From: Octopus vulgaris
Taxonomy: Eukaryota
DNA length: 64,000 nt
Reading direction: 5' to 3'
Assembly (NCBI GenBank): GCA_951406725.2
Contig: OX597821.1
Location: 74,710,001 to 74,774,000 of the forward strand
Each line of letters starts with the position of its first letter. The stretch's first letter is position 1. The notes beneath the pieces are model-generated. The model saw only the letters and a program-made list of their open reading frames with translations, had not been told where the DNA came from and made no database searches. A program made the translations under genes and the position numbers. Below are positions 1 through 13,877 of the stretch, piece by piece.

Positions 1-393
1 ATAAGGACGTTAATGATTGTGCATTATTAATAAATTGGTCATTCTCGCTTCTTACAGCTGTTTCAATTCATACTCAATAATTTATTTACAAATGTGTACA
101 TTAAAGTTACATTTATGTGACATGAGTATAATTTCATCAGAGAATAAAGATGTACCTTGGGATGCTGTATGTGGGCCTATCAATTCATTTCAGAGTCTGC
201 TGAAATATATATATATATGAATACATATGCAAATCTACACGCATTTCACACCACACACGCGTACATCACGTGAAAAAATGTATTGAGTAGCAAATGGAAG
301 CATCAATTTCGTACAATTAAACTCTTTGACGTGTATTGAGTCCTTTATCTCGTGTTTGCGTATCCGAAATACACACATGCAAACATACGCACA

Positions 394-437
<44 letters not shown>

Positions 438-565
438 CGAACACACATGTATCCATCCTCTCACACACACACACATGCACGCACACATTTATGTAATATA
501 TATATATATATACACGATACCTGTATATATATATGCATTTATGTGTATATATATATATATGTATA

Positions 566-619
<54 letters not shown>

Positions 620-1534
620 TATATATATTTATGTATACATGTATTGATTAATTCTAGTAGATACCTCAATGTACTTCTCTGTATTTATCTGTCTATTCTA
701 CACATCAATACATAATAACCGTTTATAAACAATCTTTATTATTTATTTTGATTTTCTTTTATTTTCGATATTTTCATTTTGTTTTGTTTTCACAACCCAT
801 CACGTAGAGTCGAATGTTTTGTTTTTTTTGTTTTATTTTCTCTGGAAGTTTTCAGCAAAATACCATTGATTAGTTTTTTTTTTTTTTTTTTTTTTTTCTT
901 TTTCAAGAAATGAAAGAATGCGGAGGAATATGTGCTAACAATCTATAGATCACATTCTGCAAGAGAAAGAACGGCAAAATAAATGTAAATTTTCAAAATC
1001 TATTTCCAGAATTGGCAATCTGTATAACTTAAGACTGGTATTTCTAAACTACAGTGTTCAGCTTTAAACAAGCGTTTCGTTCGATCTGCTTATTCATAAA
1101 AAAACAAACAAACAAAATATATATAGTAATAATAAAATATGTAAATAAATAATAAGAGACATGTTTTATTTAGAAAAAACACAGTTGTTTTCCCTAATGC
1201 CATAAATATACATAATTATTTCTGATCAGGCATCTGATACTACATGAGTTACAATTGGACTTTTCAATACCTTGCAAATTTTTGGATATGTTGCAAACTG
1301 GAAACACTTGCTGGAATATCTGCTGACAAGGCTAAAATCGGCATCCTGTCACTCCAGCGTAATTTGCTTTGGCATGGCGTCGATAAACTACTATTTTGAG
1401 AAATCGTGCGATTTAACGTTGAAAACAACTACTATCAACAAATTGGTTCAACCATAATATTCTATTTTGTATATGTATATATGTATATATGTATATATGT
1501 ATATATATATATATCTTTATACATATATATATAA

Positions 1535-1596
<62 letters not shown>

Positions 1597-2108
1597 TTAC
1601 AGACAGAATCATATATGCATATATGAATGCAAGCATGTGTACATGTTTGTTTGTGTGTGAGATGCCATGAACGCATATATATTTACAGAAATCAATCCAT
1701 ATAGTTTAGTTCATTGACAGATTTCAAAAGATACGCACGCACACATAGATACACACACACGCACACAAACGAGCGCGCGCGCTTATATAAGAGAAATAAG
1801 GATAACCACAGTTTAACATTACAGTTCTTATGCGCGATTCACTATTATACTTGCTTGGAGCTCAACAATAGGTGTTCCGAATGCATTTCGAGGCTCAACC
1901 AGAACCTAATGCATTAAATTACAGATATACAGTTATATCTAAAGGTGGATAGACGGAGACGAGTTTTGGAATTATTTTGGGTGGCATATGGCATAGTGGT
2001 TAAGAGCGCGGGCTACTAAACCCCAAGATTCCGAGTTCGATTGCAGGCAGTGACCGGAATAATAATAATGATGATGATGATAATAATTATAATAATAATA
2101 ATAATAAT

Positions 2109-2483
<375 letters not shown>

Positions 2484-2547
2484 TTAAAAAATAATAATAA
2501 CAACAATAAAAATAACAATAACAATAATAATAATAATAATAATAATG

Positions 2548-2614
<67 letters not shown>

Positions 2615-2663
2615 CATCAAAAAATACCTTTTGAATGAGAACCCAGGTTCGAAATTTCCCCAA

Positions 2664-2693
2664 GACACCTGAAGAAGGCCGAAAAGTTGTGTT
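2664..2693 (+). ncRNA. Degenerate minimal hammerhead ribozyme
   Basis: GACAC-CTGAAGA-AGGCC-GAAA-AGTT-GTGTT. Stem I (GACAC/GTGTT) pairs; stem II is collapsed. Confidence 0.45.
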
Positions 2694-3949
2694 AACAAAC
2701 AAGATGAGAAATATCTGTCAAATGTAAATAATGTACATAATTCCTCATCTGTTAAATATCGAACTGTAAAAAGAAAGAGGAGGACGTATATGGTGAGGAG
2801 GACGTATATTAAATACTAGAGAAAAGGGAGAGTGAGAGAGGAGAGAGATAGAGAAAACAACTGGAGCATAAACGGAGAAAAGAGAAAAGAAAGAAAAACA
2901 TAAAGAAAGGAAGAAACTAATATACACGCATATATACATACATTCATACATACATGAACACACATATATATAGATATACATACATGCATACACATCTATC
3001 TATCTATGCCCACGGGCAAATGGCCTAGTAGATATGCATATAAATATGTGTGTATGTGTGTGTGTTTATATACAGAGATGTATATATGCAGTGCTATTTG
3101 ATAGGTTCAATCAGGGGAGTTGTGGCGAATAATTCTGCGAAGGGTTAAGGATACAAATACGTAAAATTCCCACAAATGAGAAATCTAACATTTGATGCAA
3201 TGTCTAAGCAAACCAAAAATATTGTGGTGTAAGAGAAACGAAGACACGTGTTTAACAAGCATGTAAATATAAAGCTAGTAAACAACAAACAAAGAAGTGT
3301 ATAATGAATTTTAATTCGCTAAAATGAGAAACATGTGTGAATCAGACGTCTCGAGTGTTATCCTTTGTCAAAGAGAAGAACGAAAACAGTAGCAGAAGAG
3401 AGAAAATATATACGAAACCATATAGGAATTAGTTATAGGATTTTAAAGAACCTAGGCTCATCAAAACGCAGGATGACCCCAATGGCTAGGTACAATAACA
3501 GAGTTCACAGTGAACTAAGCAACAATGAAGGTTTTGTAGGATACTAATTCCAGTTTCAACTGTAAATCCCTTTCTGGGGGGAGGGTAGTTGCATGTGTGT
3601 GGCGTAGGTATAAAAAGAGAACGCATACAAGGTGTATTAAATTAGTTAGTAAATTCCCTTTGCAACAATCGTAGCTCCTGGCTCAGTCTCATAGTGCACC
3701 ACTACAGCCCAAGCTGACCTGACTTGTGAGTGAATTTGGGAGCTGGAAACTGTACGGAAGCCCGTTGTATAAAATATACAGCTTGACGTCTCGTATTTGC
3801 TAGTTTATATCCTTCTAACTTAGCGTTTTGAAAAGAAGAGAACGACAGAATATGCAGATTTAATATAAGTCCTGCGGTCGACTAAAATCATCGAGGCAGT
3901 GTTCCAGCATGGTCACAATCTACTTATTAAATAAAAGAAAGAATAAAAA

Positions 3950-4242
3950 GGCCGTCCAAAGCCTTGTGAGTAGATTTGGTAGACGGAAACTGAAAGAAGC
4001 CCGTCGTATATATATGTATATATATATGTGTGTTTGCGTGTCTGTGTTTGTCTCCCCAACATCGCTTGACAATCGATGGTGGTGTGTTTACGTCCCCGTA
4101 ACATAGCGGTTCGGTAAAAGGGACCGATAGAATAAGTACTAGGCTTACAAAGAAAAAGTTCTGGGGTCGATTTGCTCGACCAAAGGCGGTGCTACAGCAT
4201 GGCCGCCGTCAAATGACTGAAACGAGTAAAAGAGTAAAAGAG
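3950..4242 (+). mobile_element. SINE family A (tRNA-derived), 5'-truncated
   Basis: Shares GATTTGGTAGACGGAAACTGAAAGAAGC...CAGCATG...AAATGACTGAAAC with copies at 26596 and 48343. Confidence 0.8.
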
Positions 4243-4332
4243 AGAGAGAGAGCATATGAGTAGAGACACAGAGAAAGGAAAGGAAAAGAGAGAGAGACAA
4301 AGATAGATAGATAGATAGATATATAGATAACT

Positions 4333-4365
<33 letters not shown>

Positions 4366-4399
4366 GCAGTTTGTGGTGCAGCACATAATGCACAAAGCT

Positions 4400-4887
4400 A
4401 CATAAGTGCAAGGAACCTCTTTGCGAATTTCACGTGGATGTGGGAACGCGAGAAATACAAAGGGAGGGGTGGGAGATGGTGGAGAAGGGGAAGATAAATC
4501 TGTATAAAAACAAGCGAGTGAGGCCGGAGAATAAGAGAGAGAGGCAATAAGAGAGCAAGCAGCTGGACACTAACAGCCTGTGGCAAGTTAAACCTTCACA
4601 CGGGGACCGTCTGGGTTAAGGGGTACACGTACTAGACACACACACACACCAGAGTTGGTTAAGTTCGACATCGAGAAAACGGCGGGAGGGATGCGCGTGT
4701 AGAAGACAACGTAGATGAAGAGGTCAGGCCACCAAAATTGCTCTCTCCTCTCTCTCTCTCTCTTTGTTTCTTTCCTACTCCCTCTTTTCTTCCTTATTGT
4801 CTTTGTGTTGGCCCTCTTTTTCTCACTCTATCTCTCTTTATCTGTTTCTGCTTTTGATTCTGTCTCCTCCTATTTGCCTCTCCTTTC

Positions 4888-4922
<35 letters not shown>

Positions 4923-5173
4923 CTCTCTCTCTCGCAGGCCCTCTTCTTCAATATCAACAGCGAAGTGTTTTTGTTCGCTTTGACACATGCTGAAAAAGCT
5001 ATGATTCTAGTTTCGATTTACAGAAGGAGAAGAAAGAGAAAATAGTTGGGAAGTGCGGCGGTGGGAGTGGGGGAGGGAGGCGAAAGAAGGGTAAGGCGAA
5101 GAGCATAAAGTGATAACAATAACAAGCAGCAGCAGCGGCAGTAGTAATAGTGTATGTGTATATATATACATAT

Positions 5174-5211
<38 letters not shown>

Positions 5212-5460
5212 GCGGAGGTTGTGGTAGTGAAAGAAGGAAGGAAAAGGAGAAGGAGATAATGAAAGTGAGAGCGGTCGGAGTGCGGCGCTGGTTCCCAGTT
5301 GCGACAGAGATGAAACTAAACGCTCGGCTATTTGGCGGTATGTCAGCTCCAGCTGTCCCGGTGCCTTACAGCTCTGGTGGACAAGCGTAACACTTGAAAC
5401 AGTCAAGTGACAGCCTTAGACCTCAGTTCAGATGCCGAGCAAACTGCACAACACACAATA
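4400..5460. promoter_or_regulatory. Candidate regulatory or 5'-UTR-like island (unique, GC/CpG-richer, GA tracts)
   Basis: Non-repetitive, CpG-containing segments between (GA)n/(CT)n tracts. Inverted CACTTGA/TCAAGTG pair at 5391-5409 and CAGCTG E-boxes. No recognisable ORF. Confidence 0.25.
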
Positions 5461-5753
5461 ACACACACACACTCACACATACACACACACACATACAAAC
5501 TAGCCACCTACGAAATGGCCTCATTTATTCATTTACCGTTTTTAATACATTTTATTTCACATTATTATTGCTGCTGCTGTTGTTATTATTTATATATCCT
5601 GGTTTTACTTTTGTTTACATTCTTTCAACGCTCTTCCCTCAGTCCGTAACACACACGCGCACACAGACACAGAAAGACAGACAGACACATACACACACAC
5701 ACACACACACACATATGTATATATATATACATACACACACACACACACATATA

Positions 5754-5811
<58 letters not shown>

Positions 5812-5812
<1 letters not shown>

Positions 5813-5975
5813 GCCCAGGAATGGTTGTGTGGTAAGAACCTTGCTTCTCAACCACATAGTTCCGAGTTCAGTTCCACTGCATAGCAACTTGGGTAAGTAT
5901 CTTCTACTACAGCCTCGTGCTGACCAGAGCCTTGTGAGTTGATTTGGTAGACGGAAATTGAAAGAAGCCCGTCAT
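5812..5975 (+). mobile_element. SINE family A, 5' half
   Basis: tRNA-like head GGTTGTGTGGTAAG...GAGTTCAGTTCC followed by the family A body. Confidence 0.75.
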
Positions 5976-5977
5976 AT

Positions 5978-6063
<86 letters not shown>

Positions 6064-6647
6064 CATTATATAATTAGGGCTTAGTAAAATAAATTACTTT
6101 GCCACATACTGAACTTAGTAGAAATAGCAGCCAAAAAAAATTTTCTTAGCATTTCTACTACTTAAAGAAAATTTCTCTCAGATAATGTTTACTCCAGACA
6201 GCTCACGAAGGTTTGGGGGTAAATACAGAAAAATATCACAAGTACATAGATCGTTTGAGTACGTCAACGTTTCAAGATTAGCCAAATAAAATCAGCATTT
6301 CTTTCGTCAGCTCAAAATTTCTTAATTTGGATTTGGAAACACTAAAAAGAAGGAACTTTACCTATCAGCGAACTTGTCGCTTCAGATGAACCACTCCAAC
6401 TAAACAGTGTCAACAAATTCAAAATGCGCAGGCGTAAAATTCTGCACTCCCCATATTATATAATACACCTAATATTCTTTAAATAGTCAGAACTTTAGTC
6501 TCGGTCACAAAGAACATCTAAGCACCCCATGCTCCCACCCACCGGAATGACCGCTGCCTGACCCGTTAAAACCTTCAACGCACCCACCAGCAGTTTTCAA
6601 CATACATTGATAAACAGTTTGGCCATGGGCTCTTAGGAGCCGCGTTC

Positions 6648-7097
6648 GAGGGGGGATACAGTGAGGGGGAGGCAGATGGGGAGGGAGAGCGAGAAAGAGG
6701 AAGTAAGAAGAAACATACATATAGGAATATATGGTTATATATATACATATATACACACATATATGTATATATATATATACATATACATACATATATGTGT
6801 GTATGAGTGTATACAAATATCTTTATGTTCATAAATGTGTATTCTTTTATTCTTTCATTTGTTTCAGCGATCTGACTGCGGTCATGCTGGAGCACCGCCT
6901 TTAATCGAACAAATTGACCCCCAGGACTTATTCTTTGTAAGCCAAGTATTTATTCTAGTTCTTATTCTATCGTTCTCTAAATACACCGACATCGATTGTC
7001 AAACACTTGTGGGGCGACAAACTTAGACAGAAACATAAACGTAAACACATACATGTATATATATATTTATACATGTAATAATAATTAATGAAATTAC

Positions 7098-7141
<44 letters not shown>

Positions 7142-7320
7142 TATAATAGAGAGAGAGAGAGAGAGATCCAGGAATAGAATGTTAAGAACCTTGCTTCTGA
7201 ACCACATAGTTCCGGGTTCATTTCACCTTAAATCTTCTGCTACATCTTCAGGTTCATATAGTTGTGGTGACACACACACACACACATATATACATATACA
7301 CATACATATATATCTATATC

Positions 7321-7353
<33 letters not shown>

Positions 7354-7365
7354 ATGTGTGTGTGT

Positions 7366-7406
<41 letters not shown>

Positions 7407-7517
7407 AAATATGAATTAGATGTAGTAGAAGATACTTACCCAAGGTGCTACGCAGTGAAACTGAACCCGGAACTATGTGGTTGAGAAGCAAGGTTCTTGC
7501 CAAACAACCATTCCTGG

Positions 7518-7590
<73 letters not shown>

Positions 7591-8025
7591 ATTTCAAATT
7601 ATTATTACATGTATAAATATATATATACATGTATGTGTGTACGTTTATGTTTCTGTCTAAGTTTGTCGCCCCACCAGTGTTTGACAATCGATGTCGGTGT
7701 ATTTAGAGAACGATAGAATAAGAACTAGAATAAATACTTGGCTTACAAAGAATAAGTCCTGGGGGTCAATTTGTTCGATTAAAGGCGGTGCTCCAGCATG
7801 ACCGCAGTCAGATCACTGAAACAAATGAAAGAATAAAAGAATACACATTTATGAACATAAAGATATTTGTATACACTCATACACACATATATGTATGTAT
7901 ATGTATATATATATATACATATATGTATGTATATATAACCATATATTCCTATATGTATGTTTCTTCTTACTTCCTCTTTCTCGCTCTCCCTCCCCATCTG
8001 CCTCCTCCTCACTGTATCCCCCCTC
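6648..8025. repeat. Inverted duplication, arms ~6648-7226 and ~7455-8025
   Basis: GGGGGGATACAGTGAGG...AAGTAAGAAGAAACATAC is mirrored by GTATGTTTCTTCTTACTT...CTCACTGTATCCCCCC. The arms include unique DNA, microsatellites and SINE A pieces. Confidence 0.9.
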
Positions 8026-8462
8026 TGTCTGCTTCTAACTTCCTCTGCTTCTATCAATTTATCGATGTAAATCTAGGTTTCGAACTCTCATCGATATCTA
8101 GGTTCGTCCATAAAAAAAAGGCTCCAATTGTCCTCAGTCTCCCACATAACATCTCCATTCTGCCTTTTTGTACGAAGCCAATACTCTCAGCTGCTCCTTT
8201 CATAGGATGTGATGTGAGGGAGATTGCTCTATCATTTCTAGCTGGTCCTGCTACTTAGTAGAGGTTTTTTTGGCTTGAGTTGGATTGTGGTTGCTTATTG
8301 TTGATGTCATTATTGGTTGTGTCTTTGGCGGTGGAAGAAGTGGTGGTATATCAGATGATGATGATGATGATGATAATGATTATGATAATGATGAGGACGA
8401 TAATAGGGGTGGGTGAGTGAGTGGTATTAGTAGGAGGGATAAACAGCGACGATGATGACGAT

Positions 8463-8679
8463 AATTCTTTCTGCTATAGGCACAAGGCCTGAAATTTTGG
8501 GAAAGGACAGCCTATCACATCGACCCCAGTACGCAATATATGGTATTTAATATATTGACCCTGAAAGGATAATAGGCAAAGTCGACCTCGGCGGAGTTTG
8601 AACTTGGAACGGAGCGGCAGGCAAAATAGCGCCAAGCATTTCACCCGGCGTGCTAACGTTTCTGCCAGCCCACTGCCTT
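8463..8679 (-). mobile_element. SINE family B
   Basis: Reverse complement of AAGGC.GTGGGCTGGCAGAAACGTTAGCACGCCGGG...GTCGACTTTGCCT. Confidence 0.8.
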
Positions 8680-8773
8680 GATGATAATGATAATGATGAT
8701 GATGATCGTGATGATGATAATGATGATGATGATGATGATGATGAAAATAATGTTAGAAATATTTGAATAGAAG

Positions 8774-8978
8774 AAGGCGGTGAGCTGGCAGAATCGTTAG
8801 CACGCCGGGTGAAATACTTAACGACATTTCGTCGCTATCAACGTTCTGAGTTCAAATTCCGCCGAGGTCAACTTTGCCTTTCATCAATTAGAGTCGATAA
8901 AATGAAGTACCACTCGAACACAGGGGTTGATATAATCAACGTAACCCCTCACTTGTGCCCCCAAATGGAAACCAATAT
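8774..8978 (+). mobile_element. SINE family B
   Basis: AAGGCGGTGAGCTGGCAGAATCGTTAGC head, GAGTTCAAATTCC B box, GCCTTTCATC..GTCGATAAAATGAAGTACC core. Confidence 0.8.
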
Positions 8979-9110
8979 TTGGAAAGGACATTTTCTTCTT
9001 TGTTATCATTATGTGTTGACGCACAGACAGGCAGTAATAAACGCATAGAAACCCTTCAAACAAATAAGATATCAACATTTGCTCGAAGCATGCAGGACTG
9101 ATATAAATAT

Positions 9111-9213
<103 letters not shown>

Positions 9214-9250
9214 ATACATATGTATATATATGTATATATATATGTGTATA

Positions 9251-9640
9251 TGCCCAAACGACCTGAGCATTAGTGCGAAGGTCCATCCAAGGCTGGGACC
9301 ACGGGCCATAGTCCCTTGCCCAATTCACGATCATAGCATATAGGTTCACTGCGACACAATTTCTTTTCCTCAACAAGCCCTGCCCCGTTTAACATTGTCC
9401 TGAAACTGATCAAAGAGGAAAAGGATCCCATCACCTTTAAACGGAGTCTGGACAGATTTCTTCAAGGAATACCAGACAAGCCACCCATACCTGGATACAA
9501 CTCACTGAACAAGAACTCACTACTTGAATGGACCATAAAGAAAACTTGACTTAAACAGGATTTAGATAATCCTATCAGGTGGTGCTATTAAGTTAGGCAT
9601 GACCTGCATCAATCTTTGGCCGAAACATATCTAAGTTTTA
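9251..9640 (+). mobile_element. 5'-truncated copy of the (TA)n-embedded CR1/L2-group LINE (3' end)
   Basis: Colinear with 62880-63258 (GCCCAAACGACC...CCTATCAGGTGGTGCTATTAAGTTAG...GAAACATATCTAAGTTTT). (TA)n on both sides. Confidence 0.9.
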
Positions 9641-9651
9641 TAAAGTAATAC

Positions 9652-9797
<146 letters not shown>

Positions 9798-9810
9798 GTA
9801 TATATATATA

Positions 9811-10040
9811 TAATAATAATAAATATTAGGGAATAAATCCAAATTTACAGGGAAAAAATCAGATTTAACTTCATAAATTAAAACTGATTAGAAGATCGGA
9901 AATCCACCTGACGAATGTCATTTGAAGACATGAAACGATTGTAGTGGCGGTTTATTTATTTTATATTAAAATTTTTATGTATTGATTAAGTCTTTCCTTG
10001 TTTGTTTTGCAAAATAGTGGTTTTGTCTCGAATTAATATT
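9811..10040 (+). mobile_element. Short TA-flanked element carrying a hammerhead (probable Penelope-like pLTR fragment)
   Basis: Bounded by (TA)n and contains a canonical HHR. Its start, AATATTAGGGAATAAAT, recurs in the TA array at ~60195. Confidence 0.55.
9904..9947 (+). ncRNA. Minimal type I hammerhead ribozyme, intact core
   Basis: CCAC-CTGACGA-ATGTC(ATTTGAA)GACAT-GAAA-C-GATT-GTA-GTGG. Stem I CCAC/GTGG, stem II ATGTC/GACAT, near-palindromic minimal stem III, GUA cleavage triplet at 9941-9943. Confidence 0.8.
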
Positions 10041-10062
10041 ATATATATATATATATATACGT

Positions 10063-10158
<96 letters not shown>

Positions 10159-10249
10159 ACAATTTAACAAATAAAACATATGCATACATACATATATGTA
10201 CATACCTACATCAATATGTATATATACATGCATATATATATATATATAT

Positions 10250-10567
10250 GAGTACAGGACACCACAAATAAACGTAGAACACAACGAGAAATGAAAATAT
10301 AAAAACAAACAAGGAAACGGACTTTTTTTAACAACGAAAAAACAGAGTACAAGACAAACAATACAAGGAATATCCCCCTTCATCAGCTGCCCCTGGTTCG
10401 ACTCAATGCGTGTTTCGAAGAACCAGGGGCAGCTGATGAAGGGGAATATTCCTTGTATTGTTCGTCTTGTACTCTGTTTTTTCGTTGTTAAAAAAAGTCC
10501 GTTTCTTGTTTGTTTTTATGTTTTCGTTTCTCGTTGTGTTTACGTTTATTTGTGGTGTCCTGTACTC
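10250..10567. repeat. Fold-back palindrome (~150 bp arms, 20 nt spacer) in (TA)n
   Basis: 10250-10399 is the near-perfect reverse complement of 10420-10567. The arms contain CAGCTGATGAAGGGG. Confidence 0.9.
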
Positions 10568-10608
<41 letters not shown>

Positions 10609-10747
10609 AGAGGAAGAGAAAGAGAGATCTAACTAGATCCAATCTTTTCTGTCTATATCGCTTAATTCTGTGTGTGTGTATATGTATATGCTTAAGTATG
10701 CAGTATGTATGCTTGCATATCTGTATCTATAGATTGATGCTTCTATA

Positions 10748-10810
<63 letters not shown>

Positions 10811-10843
10811 ATATCTATCTATATATATATATATATATATATA

Positions 10844-10883
<40 letters not shown>

Positions 10884-11224
10884 AGCACACGCACACATAT
10901 ACATACATGTATATATATGCGTGTGTGTGTGTGTGAATGCATGGGTGTGGCTGTCTGTTTGATTCCAAGAGGGAAATGCGGCTGGCATTGTTAAATTGTT
11001 GGGGCTTATTTTGCTACGAGTTTCTGGGTCATTCTTTCGGCCTAAATATTATTTCATTTTCGATATCTGATTTGCCATCAGAAACAATATATTACACATG
11101 GAATGAAATGTGCTGTCAGTGGCGGATAAATAGGTTCCCCACCCTACCCAACATCGTATCGGCACTCGATGGAATTGTTTTCGTTGCAGTACAAACACAA
11201 CAGATAACCACACACACAGACACA

Positions 11225-11341
<117 letters not shown>

Positions 11342-11370
11342 TGAGAAATATACACAAACATTCCTATACA

Positions 11371-11752
11371 GGCGCAGGCGTGGCTGTGTGGTAATAAATA
11401 GCTTGCTTCCCAACCAAATGGTTCTGGGTTCAATCTCACTGAAGCGTGGGCAAGTGCCTTCTACTGTAGCCTCCAGGCCGACTAATGCCTTGCGACTGAA
11501 TTTGGTTGGCGGAAACTGAAAGAATCCATGTATATAACTATGTTTCTTTGTGCGTGTGCTCTCCCCTGCCCACTGCTTGACAACCGGTCTTCGTTCGTTT
11601 ATGTCCTGTAACTTAGATGTTTAGCAAAAAATATACTGAGAAACTAAGTACCAGACTTAAAAGATAAGTAAGTGCTGGTGTTAAATTGTTCGACCTCTCA
11701 AGGTGGAGCCCCAGCATGGCCGCAGTCGAACGACTGAGACAAGTAAAAGACA
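11371..11752 (+). mobile_element. SINE family A, near full length
   Basis: GGCGCAGGCGTGGCTGTGTGGTAA head, GGTTCAATCTC B box, CCAGCATGGCCGCAGTC..GACTGAGACAAGTAAAAGA tail. Confidence 0.8.
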
Positions 11753-11754
11753 AA

Positions 11755-12058
11755 TTGTTGTTTGTTCCTTCTCAAGCTATGCTTGGCTCATGAGGGCCGG
11801 TTTCCCGGTTTCATTGGCGTATAGGTTCCACACCTGGACGGGACACCGGTCTATCACAGGTGAGCTGCTAGATGCAGGAGGAAAGAGTGAGAGAAAGTTG
11901 TGGCAAAAGAGTCGGCAGAAGTTCGCCATTACCTTCTGCCCGAGCCGCGTGGTGCTTAGGTGTTTCGCTCATAAACACACATCACCCGGTCTGAGATTCG
12001 AACCCGCTGTCCCTCGAACATGACTCCGCTGTTCTAACCACTAGGCCATGCGCCTCCA
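11755..12058 (-). mobile_element. SINE family C (head 1 + tail 1)
   Basis: Minus strand GGAGGCGCATGGCCTAGTGGTTAGAACAGCGG...GGTTCGAATCTC; colinear with 49722-50030. Confidence 0.8.
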
Positions 12059-12194
12059 CAAAAGATAGATAAGAATAAATATGGTCCTGCATAATATTGA
12101 GGTGTTTTTTAAGCTTGCTGAGCCAAGTTCAAACAGAAAGCAAGAGTTTGTCATAAAGCGAAGGTTAGGATGGATAAAATGGTCTGGATATAAC

Positions 12195-12518
12195 TGGCAC
12201 TGCGACGGTTTCGACGACGAGGGTTCCAGTTGATGCGATCAACGGATTAGCCTGCTCGTGAAATTAATGTGCAAGTGGCTGAGTACTCCACAGACCCGTG
12301 CACGCTTAACGTAGTTCTCAGGGAGATTCAGCGTGACATAGGGTGTGACAAGGCTGATCCTTCGAAATACAGTTACTACCATTTTTTGGCAAATGAACGG
12401 ACGTAGCAATACGAAATAAAGTGTCTTGCTCAAGGACACAACGCACAGCCGGAAATCGAACTCACGACCTTACAATCGTAGGCCAAATGCCACTAACCAC
12501 TAAGCTACGCGTAATCAC
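12195..12518 (-). mobile_element. SINE (CORE-like head 2 + tail 2)
   Basis: Minus strand TAGCTTAGTGG...GAGTTCGATTTCC, TGTGTCCTTGAGCAAGACAC. The 3' part is shared with the copy at 34937-35319. Confidence 0.7.
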
Positions 12519-12643
12519 ACGGTCTAGTTATACTGTACCCGAAGATATGACAGTCTGGTTACGGTTGAAGCGCTTTTTGATAAGCATGCTCAATCAACGT
12601 TGGGCCTGAATCAAACGAGGGAATCCTATGTCTATAGTTTTTA

Positions 12644-12876
12644 AAGGCGACGAGCTGGCAGAAACGTTAGCATGCCGGGCGAAATGCGTAGCCGTATTTT
12701 GTTTGTCGATACGTTCCGAGTTCAAATTCCGCCGGGGTCGACTTTGCCTTTCATCCTTTCGGGGTCGATAAATTAAGTACCAATTACGCACTGGGGTCGA
12801 TGTAATCGACTTAATCCCTTTGTCTGTCCTTGTTTGTCCCCTCTGTGTTTAGCCCCTTGTGGGTAGTAAAGAAATA
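12644..12876 (+). mobile_element. SINE family B, young full-length copy
   Basis: Nearly identical to 16726-16957. Confidence 0.85.
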
Positions 12877-13809
12877 GGTATTTTTCCATTGAGACTCATT
12901 TGCTGTTTGCTCACTCAAGCTTCGTTTAATCACGTGTCTTTTATTTTTAAGGTGACGACATAGAATTCCACAATCGATTTACTTTGTTTAAAATGGCGTA
13001 TATTTAACGGAATCTTTTATTGTATCTTACACTGTCGCATATTTCGTGACCTGAAGCAAGAGGCTTGTCTTATGAACAAATTACATTCTAAGCAAAGCAA
13101 TTACCATTTAACCCAAATAGGTTGAGCAACCCATTATTGCTCTTCAAATATTTATAAATATTGATATTTTTAATTTGGTTCAAGCAGCAAAATGTGTAGC
13201 TTAAGGGATTTAGTGATGGAATCGTTAAAATAAATACCAGTCATAGACTCAGATGCTACTAGTATTTATTTTATCGACTCTGTGGGAATAAATGGCGAAC
13301 TCGTCCCGACTGAGCTTGAGTTCAGAACGGACAACGGCGAGAGGGCAAAGCACCATAACTTATTCAATCACGCTCGTGCCATTCTATCTCATGTCTAAAC
13401 TGGTATGCATGTACACACACATATACACAGACACACAGAGACACACACCTACACACATATACTCACGTATACACGCACGAACGCACTCAATAACACACAC
13501 ACACATACATACATATATATAATACATACATACGTATGCATGTATACATGGCGTCACAAACGATTTGTTTGATTTCTCTCTTTTACTGTAACATAAAAAC
13601 CCCGGAAGAAAGATGTGATACAATATGACGCCGTCGGGGTTTGAAACCGGAACACCAAATTACGTACTTACATACTACAAAGTATTTTATTTGATGCTCT
13701 ACTAACCCTGTCATTTAACTAATATTTATAAATTATAACAATTACTTTTTCTCTATATCGATTCCACTGCATCAGATTTAGAAAAATGTGTTTAACACTA
13801 TTGCAGCAG

Positions 13810-13877
<68 letters not shown>

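Noticed and set aside
1983-2055. tRNA gene-like sequence (also at 34937 and 49722)
   Set aside because: A/B boxes are present but there is no proper acceptor stem; these are heads of repeated elements.
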